Assembly: GCA_963555825.3 (NCBI GenBank)
Contig: CAUVXB020000001.1
Coordinates: 1,632,001-1,696,000, forward strand
Source: Alphaproteobacteria bacterium
GTDB lineage: Bacteria; Pseudomonadota; Alphaproteobacteria; JAAXGF01
Reading direction: 5' to 3'
Length of the DNA stretch: 64,000 nucleotides
This document shows, piece by piece, positions 40,083-51,507 of this stretch. The notes under the pieces are model-generated. The model did no database searches. It had not been told where the DNA came from and was given only the letters and a program-made list of their open reading frames with translations. Each line of letters begins with the position of its first letter. The first letter of the stretch is position 1. The position numbers were made by a program, and so were the translations under genes.

Positions 40083-41724
40083 CCCGCATTTCCCAAGTAT
40101 CGTCGATATTCAGTGCGGCGAGAAGGCGATTCTGCTATAAGAATCATGAAGTTGTAGCATACATGGAGCGGCGGATATGGCACACCCGATGGGTGAATCG
40201 AAACCGGGGTGCCTTCGGGTCGTTTTTGACCGTCGATTGAAGCTTGAATTCCACGGTTCCAAGATCACCTCTGATGCCGGGTTGCTCGCCTACCGGGAGC
40301 TTGACGATGCCCTCGGCCTGACTGAGATGGCCGAGGGTGTTTTCCAGGATAGCCGTACCGGCAAGAACGGATGGCACGGCATGACGGGTCAGTTTCGCCA
40401 GTCCGTTTTCGGGCGCCTTGGCGGCTATGACGATGTGAACGACGCCGACCGTCTGGGACGCGATCCCGCCATGCGCTGGATTGTTGGCGGCAAGGCCATC
40501 GAAAGACAGGCCGCTTCCACCAGCCAGATGGGACGCTTCGAGACGGAGCTATTGGCCACCGACGAGAACGTTGAAGCCTTGGTCGACATGAACGGGGTGT
40601 GGATCGACAAGGTTCATGACCGCCATCCGCCGAAGATGATCATTCTCGACATGGACAGCAGCGTCAGCCCGACCCATGGCGAACAAGAGGGAACAGCGTA
40701 CAATGGTCACTTCGGCTGTACCTGCTAGCATCCGCTATTCCTGTTCAACCAGTTCGGCGACTTGGAGAGATGTTCCCTGCGCCCCGGTAATGTTCACAGT
40801 GCCGACGGATGGCGGAATGTTCTGGAGCCGGTGGTGATGCGCTATAAGGAAAGGAAGGTGCGGCTGTATTTTCGTGGCGATGCCGCCTTCGCCTCACCGG
40901 AGATATACGAATATCTCGAAGCCGAGGGATTACTCTACGTCATCCGCCTCAAAGCGAACGCGATTCTCCAGCGGAACATTGCCCATCTGCTTACGCGACC
41001 TGTCGGTCGCCCGCCCGACCATGTTCGCCGTTTCCACGCCAGCTTCAGCTATCAGGCCGGATCGTGGAACAAGAAGCGCCGTGTCGTGGCCAAAGTGGAG
41101 TGGCACCCCGGCGAGCTGGTTCCTCGCGTCGGTTTCATCGTCACTAATCTGTCGCGCCCTACCAAGCGGGTGGTGGCGTTCTATAATCACCGTGGCACGG
41201 CGGAGCAGCACATCAAGGAAGGCAAGAACGCCATCAACTGGACCCGTCTGTCATGTCGCAAGTTCCGCAACAATGCCGTTCGGCTCCAGCTTCACGCCCT
41301 GGCCTACAATCTGGGCAACTTCATGAGGACACTGGCTTTGCCGAAGGAGGTGGAGCACTGGTCGATGACGACGTTGCGCGACAAGCTGGTGAAGATCGGG
41401 GCCAAGGTTGTCCGACATGGCCGCTACGTTACGTTCCAATTGGCTGAGGTGGCGGTGCCGAGGGACCTGTTCCGGAAAATCCTGAGCTTGATTGATGATC
41501 TGCGACGAAGACCCGCTCCGGCGTAGGCCGAGGGAATCGACGGCGAGGAGAAAGCGACAGGAGAGGTGTGTCTGGATGGCGAGAAAAATGACCGAGTGGC
41601 CTTCCAAGCGCGGGCCGATTACCAAAATCATGCCATCGGATGGCTGCATAGGGGATACAGTTCCCTTGGCGGTGGGAAAGTGGTACGATTTCCACGAATT
41701 TGGATGGTATATGGGGAATGTCGG
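40083..41724 (+). mobile_element. IS1380-family element; transposase 40177-41526 has an in-frame TAG at 40726
   Basis: TSDAGLL, LDMDSS, RGDAAF and RG.AEQ.IKEGK motifs; ATAAA duplication. Confidence 0.92.
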
Positions 41725-42108
41725 ATAAAGCAATCGGCTGTGCGTCGAGCGCTTTGGAATCAGCCAAACAGAATGGTGAAAAGGGCCACGAGGCGTGGGC
41801 GCTGTGGACTCTGGGAGAAATCCATACCAACGCAATCGAAGCTCTCGACCCCCTAGCCGAAAGGTGCGTCCGGGAAGCACAAACAATCGCTGTCGCCCGT
41901 CATATGGTCCCGCTGGCCGCCCATTGCCAAATGAGTCTCGGCAAGATTTTCGGACGCCAAGGGGCGTCGAAATCTGCTCGAAGCGAGCTTGACGCCGCGA
42001 TTTCATGTTACCGCAAGCTCGGCATGGGTTACTGGCTCGAGCTTGCGGAAGCCGAGGCGAAGAGAAAAGAGCCGGCCGGGCTACTTAGAGAGCCTATAGC
42101 TGAATCTT

Positions 42109-43906
42109 GACGGGGCGGTAAAAAGTTCCTGCCGATGGCGTGCTTGTACAGGTCTTTGCGGTTCGGTGAAGAATATTTGCCTGTCTCCGCGTTGCTGGTG
42201 GATAAAACCTGATATTACCTATCCTTGGCTTCTCCTTGGCTTCGTTTTTTATGGTGCGATTGCCGCGCAGCGTCGGATATTGAGGCCGAGGGCACGCAGA
42301 TTGACCACGTAGCGCATGGCCGGCATGCCGCGAATGCGTAGGTGAGCCAGGTTCATCTGGTACTTTAATCGCGACATGGTCGCTTCTATGCCGGCCCGCC
42401 ATCTGTAGACGTCGCGGAAGGCATCGCTTTGTTCATAAAGCCGGCGCTTTTGGTTGGCAGCCCTGGCCGGGGTATATTGAAAGCGGGAAAATTGGCCGTC
42501 ACGCTTGGCCGCCTGCACGGGACATCGCAGTATATCGGGACATTTTTGGCAGATGGAGAGGTCGAAACGGGCCTGCAGCTTGGCTTTGGCGAGCGAGGCT
42601 GAAACCGGTTCGACGTTATTGGGACAGCGCAAGACCAAGCCTTCTTCGTTGAGAGTGAAATCCTCCAACGTCAACCGTCCCGAGACGGCGCCTTTCGGCG
42701 GTCGTGCGGGCGCCACGAGATTGATGTTCTGTTCGCGCGTCAGAGCCATGTTGTCACTGGAACCGTAATGTGAATCACCCAGCATCACCGCCGGCGTCAG
42801 CGCGCGCTCGCTCAGATCATCCAGCGCATCGGCCAAGCGATGGCCGTCATGCACCGTCATCTTGTGGACCTCCACGTGGGTGATGAGGTCCGGTGTCGCG
42901 GCAACCGCCTCGTTACTGACATCTTCACAATAGGTTTCGACGATCTGCGCCATGTATCCTTGACCCTTGTGCGCGTTGTAGCTCGCGTCCGGGTCGGCCG
43001 GATTGCCGACGGTATCGCACGGCACATCCTTTGGATCTCGAATCGCGGCGCGCGTTGCGTCACGATCGCCACACTCATCATCAACGATCTCGAACTGATC
43101 GCGCAGAACCCTCTCCAGGATCGCAAAACTGAAAAGCTTTGCCGCCGCCGTGTCACGGAATTGCAGCACCAGGGCTAGGAGATACTGACCCGCTTCGCCG
43201 AGGCGCCGTTTTGAAACACTCGGCGCCGTATTCGCGAACGCGCCATTACCCTCGCGATCGACATAGCGGCGGATCACCTCCTTGCTGATCTGCTCGTGCA
43301 GACCGGGATGATATCGCTCAAGCTCACGGGCAAACTTCGAGATGCTCTCAACAACGATACCAAGTCGTGTCAGCGCCCGCATTGCCGAACGAAGGGCCGT
43401 CGAATCCATGCGTTGGTGGCTGGTATCGACAGAGAACCCCTGCACCAGCCGATCCGTCAAACACCGGAACAGCAATTCATCGAGACCTTGTTCGATAAAC
43501 AGACGGCGATAGTTGCGCAGGGTTTTCTCACAGAAATAGCTGTCCGCTTCGCTGCGCACGTCCAAGGCATAGTGCCACGCCATATTGAAGGCCAGGGCCT
43601 CGACGGTCTCTGCATCGCTCAGATCGTGCAGCTGCTGCAAAAGCAAGACCCCGATGACAACGTGTAGATCCTTCGATGGTCGGCCCATGCGTTCATCAAG
43701 GTGACGGCAAAGATCGTCAACCGGAAGTTCGACAAGCAGATGGTTCCGAAAAACCCCGGCCCAGGATTGCTCCATCAGGCGCCGACGTTTGTCCCCGAAA
43801 TCGGACCAGCGATCAAACAATTCCCCGGTCCGTCGGTCGCGTAAAGTAAACATGCACAATTATAACCCAGCCGACTCTCATGAGGAATCGACTTTTTACC
43901 AGCGTC
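42109..43906 (-). mobile_element. IS1182-like element, copy 3
   Basis: 7-bp duplication GAATCTT. Confidence 0.88.
42249..43859 (-). CDS. IS1182/IS5-like DDE transposase, 536 aa
   Basis: Near-identical to the other copies. Confidence 0.88.
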   Translation of the reverse strand: MCMFTLRDRRTGELFDRWSDFGDKRRRLMEQSWAGVFRNHLLVELPVDDLCRHLDERMGRPSKDLHVVIGVLLLQQLHDLSDAETVEALAFNMAWHYALDVRSEADSYFCEKTLRNYRRLFIEQGLDELLFRCLTDRLVQGFSVDTSHQRMDSTALRSAMRALTRLGIVVESISKFARELERYHPGLHEQISKEVIRRYVDREGNGAFANTAPSVSKRRLGEAGQYLLALVLQFRDTAAAKLFSFAILERVLRDQFEIVDDECGDRDATRAAIRDPKDVPCDTVGNPADPDASYNAHKGQGYMAQIVETYCEDVSNEAVAATPDLITHVEVHKMTVHDGHRLADALDDLSERALTPAVMLGDSHYGSSDNMALTREQNINLVAPARPPKGAVSGRLTLEDFTLNEEGLVLRCPNNVEPVSASLAKAKLQARFDLSICQKCPDILRCPVQAAKRDGQFSRFQYTPARAANQKRRLYEQSDAFRDVYRWRAGIEATMSRLKYQMNLAHLRIRGMPAMRYVVNLRALGLNIRRCAAIAP

Positions 43907-43985
43907 GAATCTTGGTGATGGAGAATGAAGGCGGCGTATCCTGGCGTTGATGAAGACGCCAATTTTCCGAAGAAAGGGATACGCC

Positions 43986-45242
43986 ATGAAAGACGATACA
44001 GTTGTTGCGTTGCGCCAGCCAGAGTCATTTTCCGACGATCCGCTGACGGAGATATTGCGCGCCGGCGCCCGGCAGTTGCTTGGCCAGGCGATTGAAGCGG
44101 AAGTTGCCGCCCATATTGAAGCCCATGCCGATTTGACCGACGCTTCGGGCCGGCGCCGTATTGTCCGTCACGGGCACATGCCGGAACGCGAGGTTCAGAC
44201 CGGGATCGGAGCTGTGACGGTGAAGCGGCCAAGAGTGCGAGACCGAGATCCACAGGCCACGGGCGGGCGCATCCGTTTCACGTCATCGATCCTGCCGCCT
44301 TATCTCAGGCGCGCCAAGTCGGTCGAGGCGCTTCTGCCCTGGCTTTATCTGAAGGGCATCTCCAGCGGCGACTTTTCGGAGGCCCTGGCGGCGCTGCTGG
44401 GACCGGACGCGCCGGGCCTGACGGCCAGCACCATTGGCCGGCTGAAAGCGGTCTGGTGGGACGAATACGAAGCCTGGCAAAAGCGCGACCTTTCGGCTCG
44501 GCGCTACGTCTATTTTTGGGCCGACGGGGTCTACTTCTCGCCTCGCATGGACCATGACAAACAGTGTGTTCTGGTGATCATCGGCGCCGACGCCATGGGC
44601 AACAAGGACATCGTCGGCATGGTCGACGGTTATCGAGAGAGCGCGCAAAGCTGGAAGGAACTGCTGCTTGATCTCAAGCGCCGGGGCTTGGAGACCGGCC
44701 CCGAGTTGGCCGTCGGCGACGGCGCCTTGGGCTTCTGGAAGGCGCTACGCGAGGTTTACGGAGAGACCAGGGTGCAGCGTTGCTGGGTCCACAAGACCGC
44801 CAACGTGCTCAACCAGATGCCCAAATCCCTGCAGGCCAAAGCCAAGGGCCATCTGCACGACATCTGGATGGCCGAGACTAGGGCCGACGCCGAAGCCGCC
44901 TTCGACTTCTTCATCGCAGCCTACGGCGCAAAATACCACAAGGCCGCAGAGCGCCTGGTCAAGGACCGTGAACGCCTGCTGAGCTTCTACGACTTCCCGG
45001 CCGAGCACTGGAAGCACATCCGCACCACCAACCCCATCGAAAGCACCTTCGCCACGGTGCGCCTGAGGACCGTGAAGACCAAGGGGTGCCTGAGCCGCAA
45101 GACGGCGCTCGCCATGGCCTTCAAACTGATCTTGAGTGCCAGGCGGAAATGGCGGAAGCTGGACGGATCAAATCAACTCGCCGAACTCGTCGAAGGAGTG
45201 CCGTTCAAGGACGGAATCAAGATAACCAAACACGCCGCCTGA
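43986..45242 (+). CDS. IS256-family transposase B
   Basis: WADGV, GDGALGF, QRCWVH and RTTNPIES; start MKDDT by analogy with transposase A. Confidence 0.93.
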   Translation: MKDDTVVALRQPESFSDDPLTEILRAGARQLLGQAIEAEVAAHIEAHADLTDASGRRRIVRHGHMPEREVQTGIGAVTVKRPRVRDRDPQATGGRIRFTSSILPPYLRRAKSVEALLPWLYLKGISSGDFSEALAALLGPDAPGLTASTIGRLKAVWWDEYEAWQKRDLSARRYVYFWADGVYFSPRMDHDKQCVLVIIGADAMGNKDIVGMVDGYRESAQSWKELLLDLKRRGLETGPELAVGDGALGFWKALREVYGETRVQRCWVHKTANVLNQMPKSLQAKAKGHLHDIWMAETRADAEAAFDFFIAAYGAKYHKAAERLVKDRERLLSFYDFPAEHWKHIRTTNPIESTFATVRLRTVKTKGCLSRKTALAMAFKLILSARRKWRKLDGSNQLAELVEGVPFKDGIKITKHAA

Positions 45243-45389
45243 TAGCTCCGTCACCAACTTTCGGACATAGCTCCTACTTAGATTGCCGTAAGCAGTAGGC
45301 ACACCGAGCGACAACGCACCATTCTGGATAGTGCTCGCAGGTGGTTGGATTTTTTTGACGAACCTGTAGCGTTCGGCACGTCTGTGAGC

Positions 45390-45491
45390 GAGCTATAACC
45401 GAATCTTGTGTACGGCGTTGAAATGAAGGCGGCGTATCCTGGTGATTGTTGATGTCACCACTTGAGCTAAGCCAAGGAAGGATACGCCATG
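45390..45491 (+). mobile_element. Left-end stub of IS256-A, cut at its ATG by IS21
   Basis: Identical to 29676-29777. Confidence 0.88.
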
Positions 45492-45682
45492 TGTCAATGG
45501 CGGAGCAAAAAGGGACCACCTCGGCGGTGTAAGAAGGGACCGCTTGGCGGCTGCGGGCTTGTCCCCGTAGTCCACGGGAGGGCCCCGCGCGCGACGCGGC
45601 GTGCCCTCAACAGGCTGACGCGGCGGCGCGCGCGGGAGGGACCTGTGGGCCCACGGGGTCAAGCGTGGGCTGGGTGGTCGGT

Positions 45683-46447
45683 TCAGTTAGCAGTCGGGGT
45701 TTGACGCCTGCGGCTCTGGTTGAGCCTGTAGCTGTCACCGTTCATCTCGAGGATGTTGACGTGGTGGGTGAGGCGATCGAGGAGCGCGCCGGTGAGGCGC
45801 TCGGAGCCGAACACCTCGGTCCATTCGTCGAAGGGCAGATTGGTGGTGACCAGGGTCGAGCCCCGCTCGTAGCGTTGGCTGAACACCTCGAACAACAGCT
45901 CGGCGCCGGTCTTCGACAGCGGCACGAAGCCGAGTTCGTCGACGATCAGAAGCTTGTAGGTGGCGAGCTTCTTCTGGAACCTCAGCAGCTGCTTGTCATC
46001 GCGGGCCTCGATGAGTTCGTGGACCAGCGCGGCGGCGGTGATGAAGCCGACCGAGAGGCCCTTCTGGCAGGCCGCCAGGCCGAGACCGAGGGCGATGTGG
46101 GTCTTGCCGGTCCCACTGTTGCCGAGCGCGATGAGGTTCTCGCGGCGCTCGATGTACTCGCAGCGGGCCAGCTCCAGGACCAGCGCCTTGTTGAGCGAGG
46201 GGATGACCTTGAAGTCGAAGCTGTCGAGGCTCTTGACCACGGGGAAGCGCGCCGCCTTGATGCGCCGCTCGACCATGCGGCGCTCGCGGTCGATCAGCTC
46301 GAGCTCGGCGAGTCTCAACAGGTAGCGGACGTGATCGACGCCTTCCGAGGCGCACTGCCGGGCGATCTTGTCGTACTCGCGCAGGAAGGTCGGCAGCTTC
46401 AGCGTCTTGAGGTGGTGGGCGAGCAGCACTTGCGGTGTGTCGGTCAT
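45683..46447 (-). CDS. istB: IS21 ATPase IstB
   Basis: GNSGTGKTH, VDELGF and ALLDRLTHH motifs. Confidence 0.93.
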   Translation of the reverse strand: MTDTPQVLLAHHLKTLKLPTFLREYDKIARQCASEGVDHVRYLLRLAELELIDRERRMVERRIKAARFPVVKSLDSFDFKVIPSLNKALVLELARCEYIERRENLIALGNSGTGKTHIALGLGLAACQKGLSVGFITAAALVHELIEARDDKQLLRFQKKLATYKLLIVDELGFVPLSKTGAELLFEVFSQRYERGSTLVTTNLPFDEWTEVFGSERLTGALLDRLTHHVNILEMNGDSYRLNQSRRRQTPTAN

Positions 46448-47662
46448 GCGCCGAGCCCCGACAGCAGGCTCATGTACGACTTGGCGGACGTCATCGCGAC
46501 CCGGGCGCGCGGCAGATACGGATAGACGTCGAGGTTGAGCCTGGGCGGCCGCCGCTCGATGCGGCACAGTACCAGGTGCTTCACCGCATCAAAGCCGATT
46601 GCGCCGAGCCGCAGGGCGTCGCCGACCGCACCCTCGACCTCCTCGAGCCGGAAGGTCTCCAGTAGACGGAGCACCTGGACGTACTCGCGCTTGCCTGCCT
46701 TGCCCATACGAGCTTCGAGGAGCCGCCGCAGAGTGATGAAGGCCTCGGGCAGGTCCCAGCCCGCCAATGGCGCGGCCTGGTCGAGGGCGCCGATCTTCTG
46801 CTCGATCAAGGGCAGGTAATGCAGCGGGTCGAAGATCAGGTCCTCGCTGTCGTAGGACCGGCGGTGCCGGGCGATCACCTCGGCCCCGCAGCTGATCACC
46901 ACCTCATCGACGTAGCCCCGGATGAGCACCTCACGGTGGCCGTAGGCCACGGGCACGGAATAGTCGTTGCTGCGGTAACGCACCAGCGACAGCGAACTCG
47001 CCCGTCCAGGGCGCTTATCGCAGGCATCATAGGGAGCAGGCGGCAATGGCAAGAGAACTTGACGATCCCGCTCGAGACGCTCGCCGATGGTCTCCTTGTG
47101 GCCCCGCAGCCGCGCCGCCTGGCGCCGGCGGCACTGTTCGGCGAGAGCATCGTTGAGGGCCGCGAAGCTCTCGGCACGCGGGACGGGGACCAGGAAGTTC
47201 CGCCGGATGAAGCCGACCAGTCCCTCGACCTTGCCCTTGTCGTTGCCCTTGCCCGGCCGGCCGAACCTGTCCTCGAACAGATAGTGGGACTGAAGCTCCG
47301 TGAAGACGCGCGTTCGCTGCCGCTTCCCATCGCCCAGGATCCGGGCAACCGCCAGCTTGGTGTTGTCGTACAGGATGGATCGGGGGACGCCGCCGAAGAA
47401 GGCAAACGCCGCGTTGTGGCCATCGCAGAATGCTTCGGTCGTCTCCGCCGGATAGGCCGCAACAAAGCAACCATCACTGTGGGGAAGGTCGAAGGCAAGG
47501 AAGTGGATCTTCCGTAACGCGCCGCCGATCACCGCCATCGCTTCGCCGAAGTCCGCCTGGGCGTGACCGGGGGAATGGGAGAGTGGCACGAACACTGAGG
47601 TGGTCCCAGAAAATCGGACAGGGAGCTAAGGTGTATTCCACCGGATAACGGAGGAATACGAG

Positions 47663-47944
47663 ATGACGAATCGACGCCGGTTTACGGCGGAATTCAAGGC
47701 CCGGGTGGCGCTGGAAGCGCTGCGGGGCGACAAGACGATCCAGCAGATCGCGGCCAAGCACAAGGTGCATCCGAACCAGGTGAGCGCCTGGAAGCGCCAG
47801 GCGGTGGACGGTCTGGGCGAAGTGTTTTCGAACGGCGCCAACCGCGCTTGCCGGGATCATGAATCCGAGGTCCGCGACCTTCACGCCAAGATCGGCGAGC
47901 TGACGGTGGAACGGGATTTTTTAGCCAGAGGGCTCAAGCGATGA
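47663..47944 (+). CDS. IS3-Y OrfA
   Basis: RRRFTAEFKARVALEAL HTH. Confidence 0.88.
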   Translation: MTNRRRFTAEFKARVALEALRGDKTIQQIAAKHKVHPNQVSAWKRQAVDGLGEVFSNGANRACRDHESEVRDLHAKIGELTVERDFLARGLKR

Positions 47945-48870
47945 GCCGGGGGGAGCGCAAGGCGATGATCACACGCGACGCCCCCGAGCTGAGCTTGAGC
48001 CGTCAATGCCGCCTGCTTTCGATCGGCCGGTCCTCGTTCTATTATGCGCCCAGGGGGGAGAGCCCTTCGAGTCTGGCGCTGATGCGTCGGATCGACGAGT
48101 TGTTCATGAAGTACCCGTTCTACGGCAGCCGCCAGATGGTCCGCCAGTTGCGGCGGGACGGCGTTTGCGTCGGCCGTCACCGGGTTCGCAGGTTGATGCG
48201 ATTGATAGGCCTGGAGGCGATCTATCAGGCGCCGAGAACCAGCGTGCCGCATCCCATGCACCGGATTTATCCTTATCTTCTCAAAGGGATGGCTATCGAC
48301 CAGCCCAATCGGGTCTGGTGCGCCGACATCACCTATATCCCCGTCCAGCGTGGCTTTCTGTACCTGGTAGCGATCATGGACTGGGCGACGCGCCACGTTT
48401 TATCCTGGCGGCTGTCGAACACCATGGACGCTGGATTCTGCGCCGAGGCCTTGGGCGACGCGCTGGCCCGCTACGGCCAGCCGGAGATATTCAATACGGA
48501 TCAGGGCAGCCAGTTCACCAGCCTCGACTTCACCGGCGTGCTCAAGAACGCGAGCATCCGCATCTCCATGGACGGTCGGGGCCGCTGCATGGACAACATC
48601 TTCATCGAGCGCCTGTGGCGGTCTCTCAAGTATGAGGCGGTCTACCTACACGAGCTCACCGACGGCTTCCACGCCGAACGGGTCATCGGCGAGTGGATCG
48701 GCTTCTACAACACCGAGCGGCCCCATTCGTCCCTCGACGGTCAAACGCCGGCCGAGGCCTACGGGGCCGGTCAACCTGTGGATATGATGGACAAGGCTCG
48801 CGCCTTGCCCACATCCCCACAGGCTCAACAACAGCAACAGGATGTGATAAAAAGGATTTTGGCAGCATGA
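47941..48870 (+). CDS. IS3-Y OrfB
   Basis: WCADITY, NTDQGSQF and DNIFIERLWRSLKYE motifs. Confidence 0.92.
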   Translation: MSRGERKAMITRDAPELSLSRQCRLLSIGRSSFYYAPRGESPSSLALMRRIDELFMKYPFYGSRQMVRQLRRDGVCVGRHRVRRLMRLIGLEAIYQAPRTSVPHPMHRIYPYLLKGMAIDQPNRVWCADITYIPVQRGFLYLVAIMDWATRHVLSWRLSNTMDAGFCAEALGDALARYGQPEIFNTDQGSQFTSLDFTGVLKNASIRISMDGRGRCMDNIFIERLWRSLKYEAVYLHELTDGFHAERVIGEWIGFYNTERPHSSLDGQTPAEAYGAGQPVDMMDKARALPTSPQAQQQQQDVIKRILAA

Positions 48871-49653
48871 TCAAACAACGGAATACACCTTAACCGCGCT
48901 GCCAAACTGTCCAACAAAGTGGGACCACCTCACACCTCACGCGACCGAAGCCCCTGCTCACGAACGTAGTCCTTCACGATGGTGTAGCCGCCCGTGAAAC
49001 CGTACTCGTCCCGGAGGCGGTCGAAGATGCGCTTCGCAGTGTGCCGTTGCTTGCGGTGGCTGGTCCGATCGTCTTCCAAGATCCGATCGATGATTCCCGT
49101 GAACGGACCCAGCTTTGGCCGCCTCGGCGGCGCGCTTCGGCGATACCCTGGCGGCACCGAGAACGACAGCATCTTACGGACCGTCTTGCGGTCTACACCA
49201 AACACCCGCGAGGCCTCGCGGGTGCTCATCCCCTCGACATGACACGCCCGCCGAACCCGTGCGTACAACTCCACCCGATACATCCCCCCCGCCTTCCAGT
49301 CAGAGCAACCCTGACAGAAGGCTATACGCGGTCCCATTTTGGTCCGCCGCAGCCGGATCGACCGGCCGCTTCAGTGGGGGATTATTGCTCTGCCGTTCTC
49401 AGGTAACCGGACATCAAGGGTCGCCATTGGGAGATCCGCGCAGCCGTGGTCCGCTTTCGAGCGGAAAGCGGACGTTGCGGCGTGGCGCGCCTAATGTCTC
49501 CTCATAGCCAGCAGCGGGCATTGCGCGCAGACAAATTTGATGATTCAGAAAATCGCAAAGCGCGCTGTCGTCGTGCAGCACAAATCAGCGACGATCAGTT
49601 TCCCACAGCTACACCAATCATGAAGAGTGAGGTGGTCCCACTTTGTTGGACAG

Positions 49654-51073
49654 TGTATCGCACCCGGTTCCTTGGACACAAGTTTGTCTCATGCGGCGGG
49701 CCTGAGTGACATCGCGGTGTGCCACGCCTGACGAGCTTGAGCGGGGCTCAGGTAGCCGTTCTTCTCCACGATCCACTGGGCATTGTACTGTTCGACGAAC
49801 CCGCGGACGGCGTTCCGCAGCTCCGCGATGTTGCGGTAGATGCGGCCATGGATGATCTGTTCCTTGAGCGTGCGATTGAACCTCTCGGCGACGCCGTTGG
49901 TCTGGGGCTGTTCGACGAAGGCGTAGGACGGCTGGATGCCCCAGAACTTGATCTGGTTGGTGAAGTGGTCCGACAGATACTGGGAGCCGTGATCCATCCG
50001 CAAGGCCAGCCCCCGCGCCGCACCGGCGGAGGTCGAGGCATACAGCCTCGCAAGCCCCATGGAGATCGGCTGAAGGGCGGCGAAGCGGTCGCCTCGCTTG
50101 CACACATGCCAGCCGACGCACTCGGCGTTCCAATGCTCGATGGCGGTGAATATCCAGCCCCAGCCGTCGTCCACCGTGAACACCCGAACGCCGTCCGTGC
50201 CCCACATGAGGTTGGGGGCATGGGTGATGATCTCACCGACATGGGGATTTCCGCCACGGCGGCGGCAGCGATGGGGCGAGAGCAGGTTGTTCTCGCGCAT
50301 CACCCGGAGCCCCCGCTTGCGGGAAACACGGATGCCACGACAGACCCGAAGCCGAGCCCAGACCTTGCGGTGTCCCTCGCCCTCCCAGGGGGATGCCTCC
50401 AGGTCGGCCTCGATGGCCACCAGCAGAGCCTCGTCCGAGATCGAGGGCTTCGGTCCCCGGCGCTTTGCTGGTGGGCGCTCAGCGGTGGCCTGCTGCCGGG
50501 ATTTCATGGCGTAGAACGAGGAACGGGCAAAACCCCAGGCCGCACAGACCCGCTGGAGGCCGTAGGCCAAACCCGTGCCGGGAGAGGTGGCGGCACTCAT
50601 CGCCGCGACCTCCGCCGCCCCAAAGGGCCGGACGTCTCCGTCTTGGCCTCCAGCAGTTCCACCTGCATGATCAACTCCCCGATCCGCTTCATGGCGATGT
50701 CCAGTTCCGCCTTCACCGGATCGCCCTTGCGTTCCTTGAGCGAGGCATCGATCCCGGCGATCGCCTTCTCACGCCACTGCTCGAGCCGGAAAATCTCCAC
50801 GCCCAACTGCCGCGACAAAAGTTCCACCGGCTCGCCACGCAAAAGCCGCAGGGCAACCTCACGCTTGCGCGTCACCGTCCACCGCTGGCCAAGTCCCAGC
50901 GGGCCTGCCGGCGAAACCTGGCCCGGGGAAAACGTGGACGAGCCAAGCTCGCCCTCGTTTACCACAGGCCCATCAACAGCAACTTTGTTCTCAAAATTGT
51001 CGGTCATGTTCCGGTCCTCCTTGGACACTTCGATTAAGCCAATTCTGTGTCCAAGGAAATCGGGTCCGACTCA
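49654..51073 (-). mobile_element. IS3-X copy 2 (orfA 50597-51028, orfB 49689-50600)
   Basis: Same as 30992-32411; 15-bp duplication CACTTTGTTGGACAG. Confidence 0.92.
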
Positions 51074-51507
51074 CACTTTGTTGGACAGTTTGGCAGCGCG
51101 GTTAAGGTGTATTCCGTTGTTTGATCATGCTGCCAAAATCCTTTTTATACATCCTGTTGCTGTTGTTGAGCCTGTGGGGATGTGGGCAAGGCGCGAGCCT
51201 TGTCCATCATATCCACAGGTTGACCGGCCCCGTAGGCCTCGGCCGGCGTTTGACCGTCGAGGGACGAATGGGGCCGCTCGGTGTTGTAGAAGCCGATCCA
51301 CTCGCCGATGACCCGTTCGGCGTGGAAGCCGTCGGTGAGCTCGTGTAGGTAGACCGCCTCATACTTGAGAGACCGCCACAGGCGCTCGATGAAGATGTTG
51401 TCCATGCAGCGGCCCCGACCGTCCATGGAGATGCGGATGCTCGCGTTCTTGAGCACGCCGGTGAAGTCGAGGCTGGTGAACTGGCTGCCCTGATCCGTAT
51501 TGAATGT

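Larger units (their letters stand above)
42090..45273 (+). mobile_element. IS256-family element B carrying IS1182-like copy 3 in its left IR
   Basis: 9-bp duplication CTACTTAGA at 42081-42089 and 45274-45282. Confidence 0.9.
37150..45291 (+). pseudogene. Class III adenylate/guanylate cyclase-AAA ATPase-TPR protein, disrupted several times
   Basis: LFADIV, LGDGIM..FGAP, RVGLNSGEV and GEAGVGKSRL; TAA at 37513, frameshift near 39398, IS1380 at 40083, IS256-B at 42090; native end GLLRLP* at 45291; start uncertain. Confidence 0.88.
47596..48932 (+). mobile_element. IS3-family element Y, copy 1 (intact, 1337 bp)
   Basis: IRs TGAGGTGGTCCCA; CAC duplication. Confidence 0.93.
46444..49283 (-). pseudogene. 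istA: IstA interrupted by IS3-Y
   Basis: The halves rejoin at REV/FVPL after removing 47596-48932. Confidence 0.92.
45492..49401 (-). mobile_element. IS21-family element, copy 2 (istA split by IS3-Y)
   Basis: TG...CA termini TGTCAATGGCGGAGCAAAAA / TGAGAACGGCAGAGCAATAA. Confidence 0.92.

Noticed and set aside
12786-40728. Amber read-through or recoding (TAG in the ABC gene, pqqE and the IS1380 transposase)
   Set aside because: TAG is also a normal stop here (pqqA, pqqC, pqqD); the same region has TAA and frameshift lesions; no pyl genes are present
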